Shown piece by piece: positions 18,879-27,546 of a stretch of DNA of 64,000 bases. Under the pieces are notes generated by a model, which worked only from the letters and a program-made list of their open reading frames with translations, searched no databases and was not told the origin of the DNA. The translations under genes and the position numbers were made by a program. How positions within the stretch are numbered: position 1 is the first letter of the stretch; each line of letters opens with the position of its first letter. Origin of the DNA: a virus (lineage: Duplodnaviria; Caudoviricetes); the IMG/VR virus record IMGVR_UViG_3300021431_000010, positions 20,114 to 84,113 of that record. One strand, 5' to 3'.

Positions 18879-19099
18879 TCATGGATGCTATTCATTTAAT
18901 TATATTTTTCTCTGTTGCAATTGGACTAATTGTAGGAATTATCGGAGCAAATATTCTGACATATAGGAATATTGACGCCATTCTTGGTATTAGCACTGCA
19001 GATCCGGAGAAAGATCAGTACAATTTTGTTATTTTATGTCCGTTGGATGAATTACATAAGAAACGGTATCTGATTGTTCAAGTCAAGGAAACAAAGTAA
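18875..19099 (+). CDS. Small membrane protein
   Basis: N-terminal TM. Confidence 0.6.
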   Translation: MIMDAIHLIIFFSVAIGLIVGIIGANILTYRNIDAILGISTADPEKDQYNFVILCPLDELHKKRYLIVQVKETK

Positions 19100-19299
19100 T
19101 TCGCGAAAATCCCAGATCCTATAATGAGAAAGGTATGGTAAATTTATGATTTATATTTTAGTAGCATTAATTGCCGGTATCGGTATCGGAACAATAATTG
19201 GAGCTTATTTTCACGAATACATTATTCACGAAGAAGAATATTATGTAGTCGAGGAGGATTAAACTCCTTTTATTTTTTTTCTTTGCAAAGGAGAGTAGA

Positions 19300-20247
19300 A
19301 TGCAATCTTATTATTTAGCGATTCGTCATGGTGATATTTCTGCGGTATACAACAAAGGAGAGTTTGTTAACGCATATGTAACTAAATGCGGTGAATCTAA
19401 AGAGTATAAAAACGAGGACGACTTTTTAGATTATTTGGACTATTTAGGAATCACTATCAATGATGTAAAGGAGGGTACAGGTATGAAAGAAAATTACATC
19501 TACACTAGCAGTAACTATGACGATTTTGTTTTCAGAACAGCCAACAGAGACGTTGATATTCAGCACATCAATAAGATTGCTGAGAATATGAAAGTCAATG
19601 GATGGCAGGGTGCTCCTATCGAAGTTTCTTTGACTGACGATAAGAAATTTCAGATCGAGGATGGTCAGCATCGTTTTATGGCTTGCAAAAAGTCAAATAC
19701 TCCGGTCAAATTTATGGTCGTTAAAAAGATGTCCATCTATGATGTGGCAACTAAGAACTCCATGAAGAAAGGCTGGAAGGGATCCGACTATATTAAGGCA
19801 TACTCTGAAGACGGCAATTTTAACTACAAGCGTTTGAAGAATTTACAGGACGAATTTCCGAAAGTAAGTTTGTCTGATATTCTTGACGTTGTAGTTGGAA
19901 AGCATACTCAGAATAACCTTAAGAAAGGTTACATCCATATTAACGATGAGCAGTATTACAAGGCCAGAGAGGTCTTAAAATCGCTCACAATCATGAACGA
20001 ATCTTTGAAGTTGATTGGCGTAAAAACCATGTCAAGCTATAAGAAGATTCTGGTTGATCTCTTATTGAATGATGTTATTGATCCTCAAAGAATGATTGAT
20101 AAGCTTGATAAACATGGTAGAATGCTTCTTCCACCATCGGCTACAAAAGATCAAGCCATTCAGTATCTTGAGGCGTTATATAACTATCACCAGAGAGATA
20201 AAACTACAGTCATGTTCAGAGAACAGTTAAAGGGTAGGCGTAAATAA
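19300..20247 (+). CDS. ParB/Srx-like domain protein
   Basis: NRDVD...PIEV...IEDGQHRFMA motif. Confidence 0.7.
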   Translation: MQSYYLAIRHGDISAVYNKGEFVNAYVTKCGESKEYKNEDDFLDYLDYLGITINDVKEGTGMKENYIYTSSNYDDFVFRTANRDVDIQHINKIAENMKVNGWQGAPIEVSLTDDKKFQIEDGQHRFMACKKSNTPVKFMVVKKMSIYDVATKNSMKKGWKGSDYIKAYSEDGNFNYKRLKNLQDEFPKVSLSDILDVVVGKHTQNNLKKGYIHINDEQYYKAREVLKSLTIMNESLKLIGVKTMSSYKKILVDLLLNDVIDPQRMIDKLDKHGRMLLPPSATKDQAIQYLEALYNYHQRDKTTVMFREQLKGRRK

Positions 20248-20331
20248 GCGTCTACTCTTTTTCTTTTCGGTAAACAGGTTACAGTTTTTAAAGATATTTT
20301 AATAAAGTAAAAAATATAAGGAGAGCAGAAA

Positions 20332-20511
20332 ATGACAGTCGGTGAACTGATTGCAAAGCTTGAAAAGCTTGATAAAAATCTTCCAGTTGTAGTGTACGCT
20401 GGAGAACTTGCATGCGATGAAATTATTGGAGAGTATGGGCTTAAAATAGCAAACTCTGTGCATCTTGATTGCAATGATTTAGGAACTAAATATGTTCTTA
20501 TAGAAGAATAA
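20332..20511 (+). CDS. 59-aa hypothetical (MTVGELIAKLEKL), not in ORF track
   Basis: RBS AAGGAG; MTVKEL family. Confidence 0.6.
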   Translation: MTVGELIAKLEKLDKNLPVVVYAGELACDEIIGEYGLKIANSVHLDCNDLGTKYVLIEE

Positions 20512-20748
20512 ATGAAAACCATAGCGATAATCGATATGCCTAAAGGCATACCTAAAAGATGTATTGATTGTAAGTATTTTGACTATTCACATTATTGCCA
20601 ATTAAATGGGCATGAAATGACTTTAAATGAGTTTGATGATATTTCAACGGTAAAAAGGCCAAAATGGTGCCCGTTAAAACCAATACCAAAAAGAGAAAAA
20701 GCAAATAAAGGAACCTCTGGTGAGTTTAAAACAATAGACGAGAAATAG
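20512..20748 (+). CDS. Cys-containing small protein
   Basis: IDMPK..CxxC..C..RPKWCPL phage motif. Confidence 0.6.
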   Translation: MKTIAIIDMPKGIPKRCIDCKYFDYSHYCQLNGHEMTLNEFDDISTVKRPKWCPLKPIPKREKANKGTSGEFKTIDEK

Positions 20749-20749
20749 A

Positions 20750-20968
20750 ATGAAAGCAACAGGAATAAAAAATAGACTATCGTTAAAACACTTAATCGAA
20801 ACATTAAGAATGGAACACGAAATTGAGATAAGAAATGAAGACAATTATAGATTATTTAATTGTCCAAGTAATTCACAAGCATTAGAGCCTTATTTGAATA
20901 GAGAAGTTATTGAATGGTTTGCATATGGAAGTTGCAAAATAGTTGTTTCAATAGGAGAAAAAGAATGA
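20750..20968 (+). CDS. Small hypothetical
   Basis: Bounded by junction repeats; ends GEKE. Confidence 0.6.
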   Translation: MKATGIKNRLSLKHLIETLRMEHEIEIRNEDNYRLFNCPSNSQALEPYLNREVIEWFAYGSCKIVVSIGEKE

Positions 20969-21147
20969 AAGAAGCATTAGAGGTAATAGGAGCAGTTGTA
21001 GTTACAATATTCATACTAGGTATACCAATATTGTCATTTGCGTCATTCGTATATGATTGGCCTGGTTTTATTAAATTGTATCTTATTGGATTTTCGGCGG
21101 TTGATTTTTTATTCGTATTAAATAAGTTAATTGGAGAAACGGAATGA
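20965..21147 (+). CDS. Small membrane protein
   Basis: Two TM segments; ends GETE. Confidence 0.6.
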   Translation: MKEALEVIGAVVVTIFILGIPILSFASFVYDWPGFIKLYLIGFSAVDFLFVLNKLIGETE

Positions 21148-21521
21148 CAAAAAACTTAAATGAATATACCATTGAAGAATTTCGTGAAATGGAATTGTTT
21201 GGTAGAGATTGTTTATTTAATAACGTTGTGATTGTACCTATGGACGAACTGCACTATAGCGGTTATAGATGTATGAAATTTATCTTGTGCCATCATGGAG
21301 ATATAGTTGGTGCTGTTGGCGGATGGTGTGATGTTGTGCATCCGAATGGCATGGGCAATCATGGTCCATCCTATGATTGGTCTGTAACTCCAAATATAGG
21401 CCTTTCGATTGATTGTTTAGTAGGAAGTGGATGTGTTCGTTTAATGATGAACGGATTTTATAAGTGCTCTGATTTTATCGGCTCTGATTTTATTTTTTAT
21501 AAGGTAGGAGAAACAGAATGA
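21144..21521 (+). CDS. Hypothetical protein
   Basis: Ends GETE at junction. Confidence 0.65.
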   Translation: MTKNLNEYTIEEFREMELFGRDCLFNNVVIVPMDELHYSGYRCMKFILCHHGDIVGAVGGWCDVVHPNGMGNHGPSYDWSVTPNIGLSIDCLVGSGCVRLMMNGFYKCSDFIGSDFIFYKVGETE

Positions 21522-21676
21522 ATAAAAAAATAATCACTTTAGATGTCCGTGATACTGAATTAGTTAATATTCTCAATATTTTATATCGGAACAATTATGA
21601 ATATGTGATAGTGCATAAACCAAGAGATGCAAGACCAATTTATAAAATTGAGGCACATGCAGGAGAAGCAGAATGA
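21518..21676 (+). CDS. 52-aa hypothetical, not in ORF track
   Basis: Runs junction to junction; ends GEAE. Confidence 0.55.
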   Translation: MNKKIITLDVRDTELVNILNILYRNNYEYVIVHKPRDARPIYKIEAHAGEAE

Positions 21677-21679
21677 ATA

Positions 21680-21826
21680 TCTTCGGTGGCGGAATAGGTA
21701 GACGCTAATCTGGGAATGGGTTATCCACTCAACGTTCAAAGCGCGTGGATAAATGAAAGCCTGTACAGTTCAATTCTGTACTAGATGTGCGCACATCATG
21801 TAAGGTGCAAATCCTTGCCCGAAGAG
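21680..21826 (+). ncRNA. tRNA-like RNA (Leu-type D arm) with about 67-nt expanded anticodon loop
   Basis: Acceptor TCTTCGG/CCGAAGA, D arm TGGCGGAATAGGTAGACGC, T arm GTAAGG-TGCAAAT-CCTTGC; no normal anticodon loop, no encoded CCA. Confidence 0.6.
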
Positions 21827-21867
21827 AATAAAGGAGAAACAGAATTAAGATTAAAGGAGAGAAAAAG

Positions 21868-22104
21868 ATGACACTAGAAGAGTATAACAAAATGTATACC
21901 AAAATCAGTGAATATGAAGCAATATCAAATAAGCTTTCGTCAATTTATGAGGCCATTGAGATTGTTAATGGCGAATATAGTACTGCCGACACTAATCGAG
22001 CATTAGGAAGTGTTATTATGAGAACACCAAAATTACAGGATGTTCTAAAAGATGCTTTAACTAAAATGAAATCTGATCTGGAAAAAGAACTTGAAGAGCT
22101 TTAA
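21868..22104 (+). CDS. Small hypothetical
   Basis: RBS AAAGGAG. Confidence 0.6.
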   Translation: MTLEEYNKMYTKISEYEAISNKLSSIYEAIEIVNGEYSTADTNRALGSVIMRTPKLQDVLKDALTKMKSDLEKELEEL

Positions 22105-22116
22105 AGAAGAAACAGA

Positions 22117-22236
22117 ATGAGTTATCAATTCAATTTGTTTTACGTAAATGGCAAGTACTATTTATATATTCTAATAGAGAAAGACAGTGAAGTTTATGTT
22201 GATATCAGAGAATATAGCTTAGGAGAAACAGAATGA
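22117..22236 (+). CDS. 39-aa hypothetical, not in ORF track
   Basis: Runs junction to junction; ends GETE. Confidence 0.45.
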   Translation: MSYQFNLFYVNGKYYLYILIEKDSEVYVDIREYSLGETE

Positions 22237-22493
22237 ACAAAGAATTAAAACCATGCCCATTCTGTGGGGCGGAGGTTGAACTTGAAAAGATACCACTTTG
22301 GCATGGAAGTCATGGCTATCATGGATGTTATGAATATAGAATTCGATGTAAAAAATGTGGTGCACAACCAAGTTATCCGAAGAATGATACAGTATATCGG
22401 TCTGAGGATGAAGCAATAAAAAATGTGGTTAAAGCATGGAACAGAAGATCACAGGAGAAACGGAATGAACATATTCAAAAGGATATTTTGTAA
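22233..22493 (+). CDS. Lar-family restriction alleviation-like zinc finger
   Basis: ELKPCPFCG...CKKCG...AWNRR. Confidence 0.75.
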   Translation: MNKELKPCPFCGAEVELEKIPLWHGSHGYHGCYEYRIRCKKCGAQPSYPKNDTVYRSEDEAIKNVVKAWNRRSQEKRNEHIQKDIL

Positions 22494-22656
22494 GCATAAA
22501 AATCTATATTGGGTGCGAAATATATATGGTGATGAAATAAACGATATTAGTTCGAGGCATATATATAGAAGCATATGGCGGTGCAAAGACTGCGGAAGAA
22601 CATTTTACAAAGAAATTTTGGTGAAACAGAATGAAAACAGTATGGAAACATTTTAA
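22465..22656 (+). CDS. Small zinc-ribbon protein
   Basis: IFCKH...WRCKDCG. Confidence 0.6.
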   Translation: MNIFKRIFCKHKNLYWVRNIYGDEINDISSRHIYRSIWRCKDCGRTFYKEILVKQNENSMETF

Positions 22657-23182
22657 AACAATATGCACGCATAAATTAGTAGTTTTTAAAGAATGTGCTG
22701 CTTGTGGAATACCTTGGCAAGGAATTACACATGATTTGTCAAAATTCAGTTTAACTGAGTTTATGCCTTCTGCAAGATATTATCAAGGAAACAAATCGCC
22801 GATTGAAGCTGAAAAAGCCTCCATAGGATATTCGGTAGCATGGTTACATCATAAAGGTCACAACAAACACCATTGGGAATGGTGGACGGATTTTTCAGAT
22901 GACGGAAAAATAATTGCCAATAAAATACCGCTTAAGTACGTAATTGAGATGGTATGCGACTGGATTGGAGCCGGAAAAACATATAGCAAGGAAAAATGGA
23001 CTGAAGATGAACCATTAAATTATTACATTAAAGTTCGTGGTGGAAGATATTTTCATCCTGAAACGGAAAAGCTTATTCTCGATCTTCTTAATGTAATAAA
23101 AGACTTCGGATTAGAACGTTTTCACAAAAAGTGTAGGATGTTACTGAAACATGAAAAACAGAATGATAGCAAACATTATTAA
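22631..23182 (+). CDS. HD-like His-rich protein (DUF5662-like)
   Basis: HDLSKFS..EF, AWLHHKGHNKHHWEWW, EMVCDW. Confidence 0.7.
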   Translation: MKTVWKHFKTICTHKLVVFKECAACGIPWQGITHDLSKFSLTEFMPSARYYQGNKSPIEAEKASIGYSVAWLHHKGHNKHHWEWWTDFSDDGKIIANKIPLKYVIEMVCDWIGAGKTYSKEKWTEDEPLNYYIKVRGGRYFHPETEKLILDLLNVIKDFGLERFHKKCRMLLKHEKQNDSKHY

Positions 23183-23450
23183 AGTAATCATGTGCCACTT
23201 TGTTGGTGATTACTTCATGCAGACAGAATACATGGCAAGGGAAAAGGGTAAAGATTGGTATGTCCTGTTTGCTCATTGCGTTTGTTATTGCGTTCCGTTT
23301 GCGATGGTGTATGGATGTGATTTAAACATATGGCTATTGCTTATATTGCATTTTGTGGCTGATGTAGCAAAGGCAAGATACCACAAAATGTCGATATGGG
23401 AAGACCAAATATTTCATTTGTTGGTTGCTTTTCTGCTTTATGTACTTTAA
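23163..23450 (+). CDS. DUF3307-like membrane protein
   Basis: HFVGDYFMQ, LHFVAD, DQIFH. Confidence 0.7.
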   Translation: MIANIIKVIMCHFVGDYFMQTEYMAREKGKDWYVLFAHCVCYCVPFAMVYGCDLNIWLLLILHFVADVAKARYHKMSIWEDQIFHLLVAFLLYVL

Positions 23451-23461
23451 GGAGAAACAGA

Positions 23462-24112
23462 ATGATTAAAGTTGAAAATATAGACGTTTGGGGTTTTGAA
23501 CATGCTATCAGAGGTATGAGAAATCCTCTTAATAGCTGGGCAAAGAGCGATTCGCTTATGTTCGGAACTGCAACTATATATGCGGACGATAAAATTATAG
23601 CTGAAATGATTGGCCCAAATGATCTGGAGCTTATGAGAAAACTTTATGCTGCTGGTCCGGAGCATAGAAAGTATCTTAGGCAGATATTTGTCTCAATGGA
23701 TATTACTGCACCACTTTATTGGTGGAAAGAGTTCGACACATACAAGGTCGGGACGGTTTCAAACAGCTGCAGTACAATGCATAAGATTCATGCTAAAGAG
23801 TTTACCTTAGATGATTTCAGTGTAGAACACTTAACTGAAGGAAATCTTGAAGGCTTTAAAAGCAATCTGAACTGTTTGAATACAGCAAGACAGAATTTCA
23901 TAGAAACAAAAGATAAAATTTGGTGGTGGCAAATGATCCAAATACTTCCATCATCATATAACCAGAGAAGAACGATCACGATGAATTACGAAAATGTAAT
24001 GACAATAATTAAACAGAGGACTGGTCACAAGTTAGACGAATGGAACGAGCTCGTTGATATTCTCTACGACCTTCCATATGTAAGAGAAATAAGGAGCATT
24101 GCAAATGACTAG
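23462..24112 (+). CDS. Conserved phage protein, possibly ThyX-fold
   Basis: HRKYLRQI..DITAPLYWWKEFDTY..SCSTMH..LPSSYNQ..HKLDEW; lacks canonical RHRxxS. Confidence 0.45.
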   Translation: MIKVENIDVWGFEHAIRGMRNPLNSWAKSDSLMFGTATIYADDKIIAEMIGPNDLELMRKLYAAGPEHRKYLRQIFVSMDITAPLYWWKEFDTYKVGTVSNSCSTMHKIHAKEFTLDDFSVEHLTEGNLEGFKSNLNCLNTARQNFIETKDKIWWWQMIQILPSSYNQRRTITMNYENVMTIIKQRTGHKLDEWNELVDILYDLPYVREIRSIAND

Positions 24113-24428
24113 AAAAGATCCTTATGATATTATCCATATTCGCGGAATGGAATATTCGATAAAGAAAATTCAAAAACTTCATGATAAAGATACGGCTAAG
24201 CCTCCAAAAATGATGGAAGGTTTGGATCTTGTATGGTTTTGTCCTTCATGCAACGAGTTTCATAGCATTGATCCGCTTACAGGAATAAAGGATAAATACT
24301 GTTCTCATTGCGGACAAAGAATTAAATGGCCAAGAGCAAAGAAAAAAGAAGTAACTAAGCCAGTCGTAAAGAAAGGAGATTCCAAGAATGTTCAACAAAC
24401 AGAAAGACGAGATAAAAACGACAATTAA
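24105..24428 (+). CDS. Zinc-ribbon protein
   Basis: CPSC...YCSHCGQRIKW. Confidence 0.65.
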   Translation: MTRKDPYDIIHIRGMEYSIKKIQKLHDKDTAKPPKMMEGLDLVWFCPSCNEFHSIDPLTGIKDKYCSHCGQRIKWPRAKKKEVTKPVVKKGDSKNVQQTERRDKNDN

Positions 24429-24570
24429 GGAAGAAGTTTCAGAAATAGTTAATAGCGGTAAAGTTTTATCTATCGGAATTATGGTTCTTTGTAGTCTTAC
24501 TGTTGGTTATATTTTAGGATCGGTTACTACTGGAGCAATGGATCGAGTTTTACTTGCTGCTAATCGCTGA
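24388..24570 (+). CDS. Small membrane protein
   Basis: RBS and TM segment. Confidence 0.55.
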   Translation: MFNKQKDEIKTTIKEEVSEIVNSGKVLSIGIMVLCSLTVGYILGSVTTGAMDRVLLAANR

Positions 24571-24603
24571 TATTTCAGTTCCTATAATGAAAGGAGATTA
24601 TAC

Positions 24604-25005
24604 ATGAACGAAAAAACGAGAAAAAATCTGGAAGATACAATGAATGATTGTTTAGACAGAGCGTATGCTTGTGAAGCTGATTCGGAGGATTATGTAAAAT
24701 ACATTTCAAAAGCAACATCGATTGCGAACGTTCTTAACGAAGAACAGAAAATTCAAAGTGAAAAAGAAGTTGAGCTCAAAAAAGTTGAGCAGGGCGGAGA
24801 AATCACTAAGAAGGATGTGTTCTTAGCTGGAGCGCCAATCTTAACGTTGTTATTGGATTTAGGTTTACGAAATACGATATTTACGAGTCAGATGAAAAGA
24901 ATTACGGACTTTGAACTACACAATACGTATACAACTTCTGGAGGACGTTGGATCACAAGTTCGTTACGTGATATTTTCAACTTCAATGGTAGAAGAGGAC
25001 GATAA
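24604..25005 (+). CDS. Hypothetical protein
   Basis: Promoter motif, RBS and terminator. Confidence 0.65.
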   Translation: MNEKTRKNLEDTMNDCLDRAYACEADSEDYVKYISKATSIANVLNEEQKIQSEKEVELKKVEQGGEITKKDVFLAGAPILTLLLDLGLRNTIFTSQMKRITDFELHNTYTTSGGRWITSSLRDIFNFNGRRGR

Positions 25006-25072
25006 AAAAGTCCTCTTTTATTTTCGCTGAAATCGCATCCTCTTTAATGACAAAGGAGGTATTTAATAATTT

Positions 25073-25234
25073 ATGATCACATTATTTGGAATTATAGCTT
25101 TTCTTTCATTAATTATGTTTGCAGTAGCAATATGTATAATATTTGGAGGTGTTACTGGATTAATGATAGTGGGAGATTTAGTTGTATTTTTCTTTATATG
25201 TGGTTTCTTATTGAAACTTTTATTTGGAAGATAG
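25073..25234 (+). CDS. 53-aa hydrophobic membrane peptide, not in ORF track
   Basis: Promoter motif and AAGGAGG; two TM segments. Confidence 0.55.
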   Translation: MITLFGIIAFLSLIMFAVAICIIFGGVTGLMIVGDLVVFFFICGFLLKLLFGR

Positions 25235-25294
25235 AGAGCATCGATGAGGATGCTCTTTGTTTTTTCATGACCTATTATGAAAGGAGATTTATAT

Positions 25295-25519
25295 ATGGAA
25301 ATTAAAAATGAGGAAAAGAATGAATTAACATTAACTGAGAAGCACGATCAAGAAGTTGATATGCAATTGAAAGAGGCTAAAAGAATTGGTAAAGATGTTC
25401 TTATTGGCAGTTTCACAGCAGCTTCAGTTTCATGGTTAGGCTATCAGTTTCTACGTTATTTTAAATCATTCGTAAACGTTTTAAGCCAGTATAAGAATCA
25501 AAAGAAAGAGTCTGAATAA
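25295..25519 (+). CDS. Small membrane protein
   Basis: TM segment; ends KESE. Confidence 0.6.
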   Translation: MEIKNEEKNELTLTEKHDQEVDMQLKEAKRIGKDVLIGSFTAASVSWLGYQFLRYFKSFVNVLSQYKNQKKESE

Positions 25520-25548
25520 GACTCTTTTTGCTTTGCAAAGGAGAAAAA

Positions 25549-26400
25549 ATGAATACAGGTATTGTTTGGGATTTAGCAGGAAGATTAGTAAATATTACTA
25601 GAAAACATACTCCAGAAATTCTGGCAGGTCTCGGAATTGGAGGTTTTATCACAACAAGCGTTTTAGCTGCAAAGGCTGCTCCGAAAGCTGCAGAGAAGAT
25701 CGAAGAAGCAAAAGAAGAGCTTCAGGTTGAGGAACTTACTCCAGTTCAGACAGTTAAAACTGTATGGAAAGATTATATTCCGGCAGTAGCAACTGGTATA
25801 ACATCTACTTTATGTATTGTTGGTTCTGTCAATACAAGTCTTAAGAGAAATGCAGCACTCGCAACTGCATATGAAATGTCTAGAACAATGATGGATGAGT
25901 ATCGAGCAAAGACAATTGATATTGTCGGAGAGAAGAAAGAGCAAAAGATCAGAACTGCGATTGCACAGGATCACGTCGAAAAAAATCCACCTATGGATGA
26001 TGATATTAATGTCATTAATCCTGAAGATAGTAAAACACTTAAAATCTTAGTTCAAGATGAATTAAGTGGATTCTATAAGCTTGTTAACAATTTAGACGAA
26101 GTCAGATATGCAATAGGAAGAGGCTATGATAAGCAAGAAAAATCATTCGATGAAAGTATGAGTGAATACGAGTGGTATTGCATTCTAGAACCTCGTATTA
26201 CTGATATTTTAACTGAAACACAGATTCATAGAGCTCAAAATTCTTATTGGAGTTCAGCAACTCCATATGAAGGATTTAGCTGTGAAATTGATGAAAACAG
26301 TCTGAAGACAATAACCACTGGCAAATGGAAAGGGTATCCATGTTATTCAATAACTTATGGAAGTTATCCAAAGTACCAGGATTATTGGAGAACCTACTGA
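25549..26400 (+). CDS. Membrane-anchored phage protein (DUF6353-like), paralogue A
   Basis: KHTPEILAGLG...KRNAALATAY. Confidence 0.65.
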   Translation: MNTGIVWDLAGRLVNITRKHTPEILAGLGIGGFITTSVLAAKAAPKAAEKIEEAKEELQVEELTPVQTVKTVWKDYIPAVATGITSTLCIVGSVNTSLKRNAALATAYEMSRTMMDEYRAKTIDIVGEKKEQKIRTAIAQDHVEKNPPMDDDINVINPEDSKTLKILVQDELSGFYKLVNNLDEVRYAIGRGYDKQEKSFDESMSEYEWYCILEPRITDILTETQIHRAQNSYWSSATPYEGFSCEIDENSLKTITTGKWKGYPCYSITYGSYPKYQDYWRTY

Positions 26401-26512
26401 CTCCAAGAATTGGATCGGTGGTTTGAAAAACACTACTGGTGGTGAATGATATTTAGCTCGCGTATTTTTCATCACCTATTATGACATACATATAAATATA
26501 AGGAGGTATACT

Positions 26513-26815
26513 ATGTCAGAAGAAATCAAAAACGAAACTATGGAAGTTACACCAGCTGTTATTGGCAGCGAAGAAGAAGTTACTTGTGAAGAATCCAAGA
26601 GGGATTATCTGAAGGACGGACTTGCATTAGGTATTGCAGCACTTGCATTAGATGGAGCATTCCATGTAGGCAAGTTTGTAGTTACTAAGGCAATTGTTCC
26701 TGTCTGGAATAAGGCTACAAATGGATTGAAGAACATGAAGGCTTCTCGCGAAGCTAAGAAAGCTGAGAAGGCTGCACAGAAATCGGAAGATTCTGTTGAA
26801 CAGAAAACCGAATAA
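26513..26815 (+). CDS. Hypothetical membrane-associated protein
   Basis: Promoter motif, AAGGAGG. Confidence 0.65.
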   Translation: MSEEIKNETMEVTPAVIGSEEEVTCEESKRDYLKDGLALGIAALALDGAFHVGKFVVTKAIVPVWNKATNGLKNMKASREAKKAEKAAQKSEDSVEQKTE

Positions 26816-26897
26816 GGTTTATCTATGTCGAAAAGAGGACATCGCATGATGTCTTCTTTTTTCTTTGCGCGAAAGGAGAGTAGAAAGGAACGGTATT

Positions 26898-27533
26898 ATG
26901 CCAGACAACATTACGAGAACATCATTAGATCAGAATATTAAATCAGAAAAACCTGAACGCGAAAAGCAGGCATCAGTAGTTGCGACGCCAGCAAAACCTA
27001 AAAAGAAAAGTCTTTGGCAGGAAATTAAAGAGCAGTTCATTGCTGAAGATGGAAAGACAGTTACTGAATATATTGCAAAAGATGTTGTTGTTCCTTTAGT
27101 AAAAGGAATGATTCAGTCTGTTGTAAATACGGCTGTCGATATGATGCTTTATGGCGGAGGAGGAAATCCAAATTATAGGAATAATGTATCCGGATATAGG
27201 TCGAATAATGTTTCCTATAAGCCATATTATGATCAGAGAAATAGCAGCAATAACAACAGCTACTATTCGAAGCCTAGAACCAATTATGGATACGAGTACA
27301 ACGAGATTGTCTTCGAATCCAGAGCAGATGCTGAAGCAGTATTCTATCGAATGATGGAAATTATTAATGCATATGGTGTTGTAAGAGTTGCAGATTACTT
27401 AGAAATCTCAGGAAGAGAAAGTAATTACACAGATAATAACTACGGTTGGCCAAGTTTGGACGGTGTTCAGATCCGAAGAGCTCGTGATGGTGGATATTTC
27501 TTAGACTTGCAAAGACCAATGCCTATAGATTAG
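26898..27533 (+). CDS. Conserved phage hypothetical
   Basis: FESRADAEAV...YGVVRVADY...YGW domain. Confidence 0.7.
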   Translation: MPDNITRTSLDQNIKSEKPEREKQASVVATPAKPKKKSLWQEIKEQFIAEDGKTVTEYIAKDVVVPLVKGMIQSVVNTAVDMMLYGGGGNPNYRNNVSGYRSNNVSYKPYYDQRNSSNNNSYYSKPRTNYGYEYNEIVFESRADAEAVFYRMMEIINAYGVVRVADYLEISGRESNYTDNNYGWPSLDGVQIRRARDGGYFLDLQRPMPID

Positions 27534-27546
27534 AAAGGAACGGCAA

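Larger units (their letters stand above)
20739..23465 (+). repeat. Gene-junction repeat GGAGAAACAGAATGA (about 12 copies)
   Basis: Copies at 20739, 20954, 21133, 21507, 21662, 21833, 22106, 22222, 22454, 22620, 23152, 23451. Confidence 0.85.

Noticed and set aside
7449-19270. Integron interpretation (divergent tyrosine recombinase next to a cassette array)
   Set aside because: The integrase looks like an ordinary phage Int with a tRNA-like attP. Junctions are terminator hairpins with T-tracts and promoters and lack attC RYYYAAC/GTTRRRY ends. Not fully excluded, but unsupported.
21680-21826. Functional tRNA-Leu or tmRNA
   Set aside because: No 7-nt anticodon loop, atypical T arm, and too short and lacking tmRNA ends. 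Kept only as tRNA-like.
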